A stretch of 64,000 bases of DNA, taken from the NCBI GenBank assembly GCA_963742035.1, contig CAVUKH010000008.1, positions 142,504 to 206,503 on the forward strand. The letters are read 5' to 3'. Positions 37,339-45,536 of the stretch are shown piece by piece. The translations under genes were made by a program, and so were the position numbers. Positions within the stretch are counted from its first letter, which is position 1, and every line of letters starts with the position of its first letter. A model generated the notes under the pieces. The model was not told where the DNA came from. It ran no database searches and saw nothing but the letters and a program-made list of their open reading frames with translations. This DNA comes from an uncultured Acidimicrobiaceae bacterium. GTDB taxonomy: Bacteria > Actinomycetota > Acidimicrobiia > Acidimicrobiales > RAAP-2.

Positions 37339-38523
37339 ATGATCGTCACCCACCTGCTCGCCCTGCTGGTTGGCGCTCTCATCGCATTGGCCGTCCTCGG
37401 CTCGGCGCTCCAGACGGTCGTGCTGCCCCAGGAGGGCTTCCCGCGGCTGTCACAGTTCGTGTTTGCGCTGGTCTATCGGATTCTGGTGCACGGCCGCGAG
37501 GACGATCCCCGGGGCAGGTCCTTGCGGCGACTGTATGCACCCGTTGCCCTGGTCAGTCTGCCCCTGGCCTGGATGATCCTCATGATGCTGGCCTTCACCG
37601 GCGTCTACTGGGGCACGCGCGACCTCACCTGGTCGCAGGCCTTCGAAGTGAGCGTGTCCTCGCTCACGACCATGGGGTTCTCCGAGCCCAACGGAACAGG
37701 ACGGATCTGGGTAGCTTTCGTGGAAGCGACGATCGGTTTGGGCCTGGTCGCCCTGCTGATCAGCTATCTGCCCACCATCTATTCGGCTTACAACGGCCGC
37801 GAGAAGGGCACGAATCGCCTGCGCCCCGTCGCCGGTTCTCCTCCGAGCGCAATCGAGTACCTGCAGGCGCTTCGACGACTGGGCAACCTCGAGAGCCCGG
37901 AGATCTGGCAGACCTCGGCCGACTGGATGCTCGACCTCGAGCAGACGCACACGGCCTTCCCGATACTCACCTACTTCCCCGAGTCCGACCCGGCGCAATC
38001 GTGGGTCGCGACGATGGGGTCGGTGCTCGACGCCTCCGCCTTGGTCTTCGCCGTCTCCGACGTCGACTTCGGCGAGGTCTTCGCTGATGCGCAGAAGGGG
38101 CCGCTGACCGTGCTCGTCTACGGCCTACCCCTGATCGTGCGGATCGCGCAGGCCGTCAATATCCCGCTGCCTCCGCCGATCAGGCTCCCAGACCTGATGA
38201 CACACGTCGGCGATCCTGCTCCCGACATGAGCATCACCCGGGCTGACTACGACGCCGCCATGGCCGCCCTGTCAGGCATCCTCGTCGTCGAGCCGGGCCG
38301 AGAGGAGGAGGCGTGGCGTCGGTTCGCCTGGATTCGCTCCGCCTACGACCCCGCGTTGCGGGCTCTGGCCGGGGTCACCCTGGCGGCCCCTGCCCCCTGG
38401 ACGACCGATCGTCCGGCGCAGGTGGGCAAGTTTCGCTTCCTCCGCCGCCGTCCACTGCACGTCGACTGGTCGCTGGGGCTGCCGGTGACACCCGCGGTCG
38501 GCCCGTCCACTACAGGTGGCTGA
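37339..38523 (+). CDS. membrane protein with two-TM pore-loop (potassium-channel-like) N-terminal module
   Basis: ORF 37189..38523 trimmed to ATG 37339. Two TM segments flank a pore-helix/filter-like stretch SVSSLTTMGFSEP, with a large soluble C-terminal region. Confidence 0.5.
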   Translation: MIVTHLLALLVGALIALAVLGSALQTVVLPQEGFPRLSQFVFALVYRILVHGREDDPRGRSLRRLYAPVALVSLPLAWMILMMLAFTGVYWGTRDLTWSQAFEVSVSSLTTMGFSEPNGTGRIWVAFVEATIGLGLVALLISYLPTIYSAYNGREKGTNRLRPVAGSPPSAIEYLQALRRLGNLESPEIWQTSADWMLDLEQTHTAFPILTYFPESDPAQSWVATMGSVLDASALVFAVSDVDFGEVFADAQKGPLTVLVYGLPLIVRIAQAVNIPLPPPIRLPDLMTHVGDPAPDMSITRADYDAAMAALSGILVVEPGREEEAWRRFAWIRSAYDPALRALAGVTLAAPAPWTTDRPAQVGKFRFLRRRPLHVDWSLGLPVTPAVGPSTTGG

Positions 38524-39910
38524 AGCCGCCCGACTCCTCTTTGGTCATCGATACCGTGACCGGGTGGCGGTCGAAGTGCGCAATCGACTGCTCCATGTCC
38601 TGGAGCAGCAGGCCGGCCAGGTCGTGACTGACGCCCTGGCGTACGAGGATCCGCTGGACGGAGATGTCCGAGACGGAGCCGGTCAGCGGATAGGCAGGCA
38701 CCTGCCAGCCGCGCGCCCGCAGGCGGTCGGCGACGTCGTAGAGCGTGTAGCCCGGGTCTTCGCCTTCCTTGATGCGCCAGGCCACCGACGGTATCCCCTT
38801 GAGCGGATTCGAATCGCACAGGAGCTCGAACGGGCCCAGTTTGACCACCTCTTGGGCGAGGAACTTGCCCGTGTCGTAACAGGCGTCGTGCACGTTGCGG
38901 TAGCCGTTACGGCCGAGCCGTACGAAGTTGTAGTACTGCGCGACGACCTGGCCGGCCGGGCGTGAGAAGTTGATCTGGAAGACCGGCATGTCGCCCCCGA
39001 GGTAGGTGACATGGAAGATCAGGTCGTCCGGCAGCTCCGACGCGTCCCGCCACAGCACCCAGCCCACCCCGAGGGGGGCCAGACCGAATTTGTGACCTGA
39101 CGAGCTGATCGACTTCACCCTTGGGACGCGGAAGTCCCACAGGATGTCCGGCGCGCAGAACGGGGCAAGGAAGGCCCCGCTGGCCCCGTCCACGTGGATG
39201 TCGACGTCGAGACCGGTGTCCTCCTGCAGCTTGTCGAGCGCCTGGGAGAGTTCGAGCACCGGCTCGTACGACCCGGTGTAGGTGACGCCGAAGGTCGGCA
39301 CCACCATGATGGTGTTCTCGTCCACCCGCTCGAGCATCTGCTCGACGTCCATCTGATAGCGCCCCGGCGCCATGGGGATCTCCCGCATCTCGATGTCCCA
39401 GTACTTGGCGAACTTGTGCCAGACCACCTGCACGGGCCCGCACACCATGTTGGGCTTGTCCGTCGGCTTCCCCGCCGCCTCGCGCTTGGCCCGCCAGCGC
39501 CACTTGGCCGCCATACCGCCCAGCATGCAGCCCTCCGAGGACCCGATGGCCGAGCAGCCCACCGGCTCCGCCGCCTCGGGAGCGTTCCACAAGCCGGCCA
39601 GCATGCGAACGCAGCGCCGTTCCAGCTCGGCCGTCTGGGGATACTCGTCCTTGTCGATGAGGTTCTTGTCGATGCACAGGTCCATCAGCTGATGGACCTC
39701 CGGCTCCTCCCAGGTCTGGCAGAACGTCGCCAGGTTCTGGCGTGCATTGCCGTCGAGCAGGAGCTCGTCGGAGATCGCCCGCATTACGTCTTCGGGCCGC
39801 ATCTCGTCGCTGGGACAGTGCGTCGCCGGCAGTGACGCCTTCAGGGCCTGGTCGGCGTAGACCGAATCGATCAGTTGATCCCGGAGGTTCTCCCGCTTGT
39901 GCAAAGGCAT
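38510..39910 (-). CDS. gad: glutamate decarboxylase (PLP-dependent)
   Basis: ORF 38510..40129 trimmed to ATG 39910 (MPLHKRENLRDQ). NARQNLATFCQTWEEPE, and the PLP lysine motif SSSGHKFGLAPLG. Confidence 0.9.
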   Translation of the reverse strand: MPLHKRENLRDQLIDSVYADQALKASLPATHCPSDEMRPEDVMRAISDELLLDGNARQNLATFCQTWEEPEVHQLMDLCIDKNLIDKDEYPQTAELERRCVRMLAGLWNAPEAAEPVGCSAIGSSEGCMLGGMAAKWRWRAKREAAGKPTDKPNMVCGPVQVVWHKFAKYWDIEMREIPMAPGRYQMDVEQMLERVDENTIMVVPTFGVTYTGSYEPVLELSQALDKLQEDTGLDVDIHVDGASGAFLAPFCAPDILWDFRVPRVKSISSSGHKFGLAPLGVGWVLWRDASELPDDLIFHVTYLGGDMPVFQINFSRPAGQVVAQYYNFVRLGRNGYRNVHDACYDTGKFLAQEVVKLGPFELLCDSNPLKGIPSVAWRIKEGEDPGYTLYDVADRLRARGWQVPAYPLTGSVSDISVQRILVRQGVSHDLAGLLLQDMEQSIAHFDRHPVTVSMTKEESGGFSHL

Positions 39911-40006
39911 GGCTCGGCCCCCTGGGCTCGTACGTGGTCGGACACCAGACCGTATCGGTCTTCGGGAACCGGAGCGAGCATCGCCTCTGCCAACGGCACA
40001 TCCCTC

Positions 40007-40051
40007 CATCCGTCCGCCCGACGACCCCCGGCCGCCGGGCGGATACGGATG
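40007..40051 (-). terminator. long imperfect hairpin between the sigma gene stop and the gad start (no U-tract)
   Basis: CATCCGTCCGCCCG (40007-40020) pairs with CGGGCGGATACGGATG (40036-40051) with a 2-nt bulge. It lies 17 nt downstream of the sigma factor stop. Confidence 0.3.
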
Positions 40052-40067
40052 GATGACTAATGGACGA

Positions 40068-40997
40068 CTAACTGGCGAGCAGTTGCAGGCGAGCTCGGCC
40101 CGGGCGCTCACGCGTTCCCGTGCGCGCACCGGGTGCCGGCGCGCTCTTGGCCGAGTTGACCCGGGCAGTCTCCGGACGGTCGGCCAGCTTCGAGCGAAGC
40201 TGGCGGAGCGCCTTGGTGTGGATCTGGCACACCCTGCTCTCGGTCACGCCCAGGACCTGTCCGATCTCCGTCAGGGTCAGGCCGTCGTAGTAGTACATCA
40301 TCAGGACGGTGCGCTCCCGCTCGGGCATCCCGTCCACGGCCATGATCAACGCCTCTTTCGATTCCTTGGCCTCGAAGGTGTCGACCGGTCCCCACGATCC
40401 ATCGGGCAAGGTCTCACCCAACGTGGAGCGCTCGGAGCGATCGCCGCCACGGAGCACCTCGTCGAGCGCCATCATGCCGACCGTCGAGATCTTGCGCAGT
40501 GCCTTGTGGAAGTCGCCGACGGACATCTCCAATTCGGCTGCCACCTCCGCTTCATTCGGCGTCCGCCGCAATGTGCCCTCCAAGTGTGTGAACGCCTGTT
40601 CGACCGCTCTGGCCTTGGTGCGCACCGACCGGGGCACCCAGTCGATGGAGCGCAATTCGTCGATGATCGCCCCCTTGATGCGCGGAATGGCGTACGTCTC
40701 GAAGCGCAGATTGCGGTCGAGCTCGAAGCGTTCGATTGCATCGATGAGCCCGATGATGCCGTAGCTGACGAGATCTTCCTCGTCGAAGTGCCGAGGCAAG
40801 CCGGCGAGCACGCGACCGGCGATGTACTTCACGAACGGCGAGTAGTAGATGATCAGCTGGTTTCGAAGTGACTGCTCCCCGGTCCGCTTGAACTCAGACC
40901 AGAGATTTTCGATACCCGCCTCCGTCGACCCCTGCGCCGTGGAAAACGGACTTGCTGTCGATCCCACGTTTGTTTCCCCCTCTGTCATTTGCACCAT
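40068..40997 (-). CDS. RNA polymerase sigma factor, FliA/WhiG (sigma-28) family
   Basis: Region 2 YSPFVKYIAGR...DLVSYGIIGLIDAIERF...FETYAIPRIKGAIIDELR. Region 4 LTLTEIGQVLGVTESRVCQIHTKALRQLR. Start taken at ATG 40997 (MVQMTEGE). Confidence 0.85.
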   Translation of the reverse strand: MVQMTEGETNVGSTASPFSTAQGSTEAGIENLWSEFKRTGEQSLRNQLIIYYSPFVKYIAGRVLAGLPRHFDEEDLVSYGIIGLIDAIERFELDRNLRFETYAIPRIKGAIIDELRSIDWVPRSVRTKARAVEQAFTHLEGTLRRTPNEAEVAAELEMSVGDFHKALRKISTVGMMALDEVLRGGDRSERSTLGETLPDGSWGPVDTFEAKESKEALIMAVDGMPERERTVLMMYYYDGLTLTEIGQVLGVTESRVCQIHTKALRQLRSKLADRPETARVNSAKSAPAPGARTGTRERPGRARLQLLAS

Positions 40998-41444
40998 CCG
41001 ACCGGTGCGTCTTCTCTCCCGGCACCACGCTTTGGCCAAGGCCATTTCGCGTATTCCGGAGTAGCGACCACTTTAATACTTCGCCCTCTCGCAGGTCGGT
41101 TGCGTGAACGTTGTCGAACGGTTGCAAAGGCCGCGCAACCTTTGCGCAACTTTTCCGGCGGTCCGCGTGCAGGGCGTCATGTCGGCGCGAGAACGCGTCG
41201 CTCGTGGCTCCTCGGCGCGACGGTTTTGACCGAGGAACCAAAGGCGGCGGCGCTCCATGCACGCCTCGCGGCTCTCGCGGTCGATGACGAGTGAGGGGCA
41301 CGCCCGCGCGTCCCTGGCGCGCCGCACGATGCACATGTCGTTGGGCGTGATCGATTCCCTCAAGGTTGGCGCAGGCGCCGCCGAGAAACACAGCATGGGT
41401 CACACACCCCTGCTGCAGCGAAGGACTCCGGAGAGGGTCGACGC

Positions 41445-42248
41445 ATGAACCCGCCCGTGGGCGTGGCGACACGCGTCCCGACGCACCACCGCGGCCTCAG
41501 GCCGCTGGACCCGGCCGGCACGAGCACACTGACGTCACCCGGAGCAGTCGAGCAGGGTGAGCTGACGATCCTCGTGGCCGAGGACGATCACAGCTGCCGC
41601 AGCGCGCTGCTCCAGTACTTCGAGCGGAGTGGGTACCGGGTGACGGAGGCCACTGACGGGCCCTCCACGCTGCGCGCCGTCTTTCAGCACTCGGCCAGCC
41701 TTGTCATCCTTGACCTGGGACTTCCCGGTTTCGACGGCACGGACGTGCTGGCCAAGATCCGCCGTCACAGCGCCGTCCCGGTCATCGTCTGCTCCGGACG
41801 GGACTCGGAGGACGACAGGATCCGCACCCTCAATCTGGGTGCCGACGACTTCGTCGTCAAGCCGTTCTCCTTCGCAGAGCTCGAGGCCAGAGTGCGAGCC
41901 GTCCTGCGACGCGGCAACGGCGAGCCGGCGGCCACCTGTCTCCACCATGGCGAGCTCATCGTCGATCGCGATACCCGTACCGTGACCGTGCGCGACGAGT
42001 CGGTCCCGATGACCCGCAAGGAATTCGACCTGCTCGCATTTTTGGCGGCGTCACCCGGTCAGGTGTTCTCCCGCGAAGACTTGCTCGAGCGGGTCTGGGG
42101 CTCGACCGAGGAGTGGCAGGGCCGCTCGACGGTGACCGAACACGTGCGCCGTGTCCGTCTCAAGATTGAGCCCGACCCGGATTCTCCCCGCTGGATCACC
42201 ACGGTCCGAGGTGTCGGCTACAGGTTCACCCTGCCCGACAAGACCTGA
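41445..42248 (+). CDS. OmpR/PhoB-family response regulator (orphan, paralog 1)
   Basis: Receiver ILVAEDD...LVILDLGLPGFDG...VIVCSG...VVKPF. Winged helix RKEFDLLAFLA...VRGVGYRF. It has a ~40-aa N-terminal extension. Confidence 0.85.
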   Translation: MNPPVGVATRVPTHHRGLRPLDPAGTSTLTSPGAVEQGELTILVAEDDHSCRSALLQYFERSGYRVTEATDGPSTLRAVFQHSASLVILDLGLPGFDGTDVLAKIRRHSAVPVIVCSGRDSEDDRIRTLNLGADDFVVKPFSFAELEARVRAVLRRGNGEPAATCLHHGELIVDRDTRTVTVRDESVPMTRKEFDLLAFLAASPGQVFSREDLLERVWGSTEEWQGRSTVTEHVRRVRLKIEPDPDSPRWITTVRGVGYRFTLPDKT

Positions 42249-42578
42249 GTAGGCGGAGCGTCGAGGAGGTTTGGCGAAGGCGAATCGAGAGCGCGCCGCG
42301 CTTGCACTACGGACGCTCAATTTTTTGGTCCGAAAGTCCTATGGAGCCGGCGCCTGCATCTGCCGACATTGAGGACACAGTTCGGCACCGAGTCACCGTG
42401 AGGCGGATTTGGCTCGGTCCGGACGAACGAGGTGCCGTTCCGCACACCGTGCGAAATGGACGAGAGGGGCAATGGACATGGTCGGCTCGGCGCAAGCGCT
42501 CGCTCGACGTGAGAGCACCGGCGGGGTCGCCCCGGACCGCGTGCTGACCGCGAGGGTCTCGGCATCTGGTTGTGCCCG

Positions 42579-43370
42579 ATGACCTCTCCGATGGACATCT
42601 CTGCACAGGGTGCGCCCTTCGGGGAGAGCCTCCGGGCCGCCGGCTCCAATCCGACCACCGTGTTCACGCCGGCAGGAGTTGTCGCCACGGAGAAGACGAT
42701 CCTCGTGGCCGAGGACGACACCAACACGCGCCGGGCGCTCCAGCACTACCTGAAGCGCTCTGGCTACGAGGTCACAGAGGCAGCCAGTGTGACCGAATCG
42801 CTCGATGCGGTCTTCGCCCACCCGGCGGATCTGGTCATCCTCGACTTCGACATCGGTGGTGGCACGGCCGATGTCCTGACCACCATCCGGCGTCGCAGCT
42901 CGGTTCCCGTCATCGTCTGCTCAGGCCGGTCCTCGGAGCGTGACCGCGTGGCCCTGCTGAATCTCGGCGCCGACGACGTGCTCGCCAAGCCGTACTCCTT
43001 CGCCGAGCTCGAGGCCCGGATGCGGGCGGTGCTGCGCCGTGGTCTGGCCACGCCCACGACGACGCTCGATCACGGTGATCTCGTGATCGATCAGGGGACG
43101 CGCAAGGTGACGGTCGACGGCAACGAGGTGGTCATGACTCGCAAGGAGTTCGACCTCCTCGCCTTCCTCGCCTCCGCCCCGGGGAGGGTGTTCTCACGCG
43201 AGGACCTGCTCGAGCGGGTGTGGGGATCCAACGGTCGCTGGCAGGGGCGTTCCACTGTCACCGAGCACATCCGCCGGGTCCGCCTGAAGATCGAGACCGA
43301 CCCCGAGAACCCTCGCTGGATCACCACCATCCGGGGCATCGGCTACCGGTTCACCTCGCAGGTCGGCTGA
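42579..43370 (+). CDS. OmpR/PhoB-family response regulator (orphan, paralog 2)
   Basis: ILVAEDD...LVILDFDIGGG...VIVCSG...LAKPY. RKEFDLLAFLA...IRGIGYRF. The start is ambiguous: TTG 42570, ATG 42579 or ATG 42591. Confidence 0.85.
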   Translation: MTSPMDISAQGAPFGESLRAAGSNPTTVFTPAGVVATEKTILVAEDDTNTRRALQHYLKRSGYEVTEAASVTESLDAVFAHPADLVILDFDIGGGTADVLTTIRRRSSVPVIVCSGRSSERDRVALLNLGADDVLAKPYSFAELEARMRAVLRRGLATPTTTLDHGDLVIDQGTRKVTVDGNEVVMTRKEFDLLAFLASAPGRVFSREDLLERVWGSNGRWQGRSTVTEHIRRVRLKIETDPENPRWITTIRGIGYRFTSQVG

Positions 43371-43483
43371 ACGCCGCCCGCAGGGCACGAACCCCGCTCC
43401 CCTGTTCTGGCGCGGCAAGACCGTGTCCCGAGTTGCGGCACGTCCGGGGACCCTGATCGCCCCTCCTCTCAGTGCGCCGCATT

Positions 43484-44068
43484 TCAGTGCGCCGCACTCC
43501 AGGCCGCCCAGCCGGCCAGGGCGACCAGGACGACGGCGGTGACGATCCGGATCGTCGCGATGTTGACCAGCCGGAGGAGGCTCTGACCGCTCACCACGGC
43601 GAGCCCGGCCACCGCCCACAGGGCAAGCAGGGCGCCGACGGCCACCGAGAGGGGGTCGTGGTAGTGGGCGGCCAGGTTGGCGGTGAGGATCTGCGTGAGG
43701 TCACCCCATTCGGCCAGAAAGATCACGAGGAACGCGGTCACGGCGATCCGACGGTGCGACGCCACCTCACGCTCGACGAGTTCCTCCTCCTTCTGTTCCT
43801 TGACCGCCTCACGAAGTGCGAGCGCCGCACCCACCAGGAACATGCCCGCGACCACGGCATCGAGTACCTGATGGGGCAGCAGGTGGAAGAGGGCCACGCC
43901 GATCGTGACGGCGATGACAACGTGCACCGCGAAGCCGGCCGCGGCGCCCAGCCACACGACGGCCGGACGGCCCCGGGTCGACATGACCAGTGAGGCGAAC
44001 ATGGTCTTGTCCGGGAGCTCGCCGATGAAGATGATCGGGAAGACGGCGAAGACGACGGCGAAATCCAA
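43484..44068 (-). CDS. UPF0016 (GDT1/TMEM165/MneA-like) cation transporter
   Basis: It carries two copies of the E-x-G-D-[KR]-[ST] motif (ELPDKT, EWGDLT) in a 6-TM protein. TTG start at 44068. Confidence 0.85.
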   Translation of the reverse strand: MDFAVVFAVFPIIFIGELPDKTMFASLVMSTRGRPAVVWLGAAAGFAVHVVIAVTIGVALFHLLPHQVLDAVVAGMFLVGAALALREAVKEQKEEELVEREVASHRRIAVTAFLVIFLAEWGDLTQILTANLAAHYHDPLSVAVGALLALWAVAGLAVVSGQSLLRLVNIATIRIVTAVVLVALAGWAAWSAAH

Positions 44069-44199
44069 AGGGGCCTTTCTGTCAGGTCCGAAGGTAGCGT
44101 GCCGAGCGAGTCACCCTCGGGCAGTGCTCCCACCGGCGATGTGCGTCGAGAGTGCCGCCGCCAACCCCGTCTGGTGCGACCGGCGAAGATGCGTCCTCG

Positions 44200-45018
44200 T
44201 CAGTGGGACTGGTCGAGGAGCGACTGGCCCGTCATGGTGAAGACAGTCTCGTCGTCACACTGGCGCCAGAGGTCGAGCAACTCCAACGACACCGGGTCAC
44301 AGCCGTATCGCATCGGTCCCTCGGTGTCGAGGATCGCGTCGGCGATAGCCGAGGCCGCCTGGGCCGGATCGACGACACGGGGGTCGGCGTGTTCACGGCG
44401 CAACGATGCAGCGACGTCGGCCATGGGTCGGTAGTCGGCGAAACGGGCCGCACCCGGCTCTCCCGTGCTCAGGCGGAACATGTCGGTGTCGATGGGCCCG
44501 GGAAGGATTTCGACCACGCGGATACCGAACGGCGCGACCTCGACCCGCAAACTGTCACCGAAGGCCGACGCCGCCGCTTTGGAGGCTCTGTAGGCGGAGA
44601 AGAATGGAACGGACGCGAAGATGGACGACGACGTCACCGTGCACACCACGGACGGTTGGTTCGCTCGCAACACAGGAATGGCGGCCGACGTCAGCGCGAC
44701 GACTCCGAAGACGTTGGTCTCGAACATCCGGCGCCAGTCCTCCACGTTGGCGTGTTCCACCGGCAGGTAGTCGGTGTCGATGCCGGCGTTGTTGACGAGC
44801 ACACGCAGATCGGACGGAAGATCGAACGTGGAGGGGTCCGTGACGTCGAGGCGCCGGACCTGAAGGCGCCCTCCCGCCTCTGCCGCCATACCGGCCCCAG
44901 CATCGGTATCCCGCATGGTCGCCACGGTGTCGAAGCCGCGGTGGGACAACTCGACCGCGACGGCCCGCCCGATGCCACGGCTTGCTCCCGTGACCAATGC
45001 GCTCCCGTGAATGTCCAT
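44200..45018 (-). CDS. short-chain dehydrogenase/reductase (SDR)
   Basis: ALVTGASRGIGRA, NNAG, YRASKAA. Confidence 0.9.
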   Translation of the reverse strand: MDIHGSALVTGASRGIGRAVAVELSHRGFDTVATMRDTDAGAGMAAEAGGRLQVRRLDVTDPSTFDLPSDLRVLVNNAGIDTDYLPVEHANVEDWRRMFETNVFGVVALTSAAIPVLRANQPSVVCTVTSSSIFASVPFFSAYRASKAAASAFGDSLRVEVAPFGIRVVEILPGPIDTDMFRLSTGEPGAARFADYRPMADVAASLRREHADPRVVDPAQAASAIADAILDTEGPMRYGCDPVSLELLDLWRQCDDETVFTMTGQSLLDQSH

Positions 45019-45101
45019 GCGCCCGATTCTTCCTCACCGCGGAGCACCGCCGATACCGGCCCGATGACGGCCCACCGCGTTGCTGGTACCGGCGCCGAAC
45101 C

Positions 45102-45455
45102 TCAGAGACCGAAGGCGGTCGGATGCCGCGGCTGGTAGAGCAACATCTGGCCGGCGCCGGGCACGTGCAGACCGATGGTACGGCCGAAGCCGCGGCTCTC
45201 GATGCTCCCCGCAAACGTCGCACCTTTGGCGGTGAGCTCCTCAATCGTCCGCTCGAGGTCATCACAGACCAGCGAGATCTCATGGTGCTCCGTGCCCCCG
45301 TCGACCGGGTGGACGCCGAGCTCGGACGGTCCCGTCCCGAAGATGAGCCACCCGTCATGTGCATCGACGTGCGGCCAGCCCACCACATCGCGGAAGAACG
45401 CACGCGCCGCCTCGGCATCGTGAGCGTGGACGAGCGTATGGAGACCGGTGATCAT
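45102..45455 (-). CDS. VOC/glyoxalase family protein
   Basis: ORF trimmed to ATG 45455 (MITGLHTLVHAHDAEAARAFFRDVVGW). A small beta-alpha-beta-beta-beta module. Confidence 0.75.
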   Translation of the reverse strand: MITGLHTLVHAHDAEAARAFFRDVVGWPHVDAHDGWLIFGTGPSELGVHPVDGGTEHHEISLVCDDLERTIEELTAKGATFAGSIESRGFGRTIGLHVPGAGQMLLYQPRHPTAFGL

Positions 45456-45536
45456 CTCCACGAGACTAGGGAGACGAGGGTGCCCACGCACGCCGCGTGA
45501 GCGTCTGGGAGCGCGCGTCGCCGGGGCGCCCCTGCG

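Noticed and set aside
41073-41396. 107-aa minus-strand ORF (and 40989..41294 plus) as a possible anti-sigma factor next to the sigma gene.
   Set aside because: The composition is not protein-like (Arg/Cys-rich), there is no SD, and third-position GC is weak compared with neighbouring genes. I treat the region as noncoding leader.
42321-42326. T6 run after response regulator 1 as an intrinsic terminator.
   Set aside because: The T-run is striking in this GC background, but the preceding AGCGCG/CGCGCT palindrome leaves no viable loop and lies 20 nt away from the T-run. No convincing stem-loop directly abuts the T-tract.
42302-42547. 81-aa ORF in the 321-nt spacer between the two response regulators.
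   Set aside because: Third-codon-position GC is clearly lower than in neighbouring genes. There is no SD, and the sequence is not recognisable. Probably noncoding.
43469-43496. 13-nt direct repeat TCAGTGCGCCGCA x2 (15-nt period) spanning the stop codon of the UPF0016 gene.
   Set aside because: It is real in the sequence, but it looks like a small slipped-strand duplication of the gene's 3' end. No hairpin or other functional feature could be attached to it.
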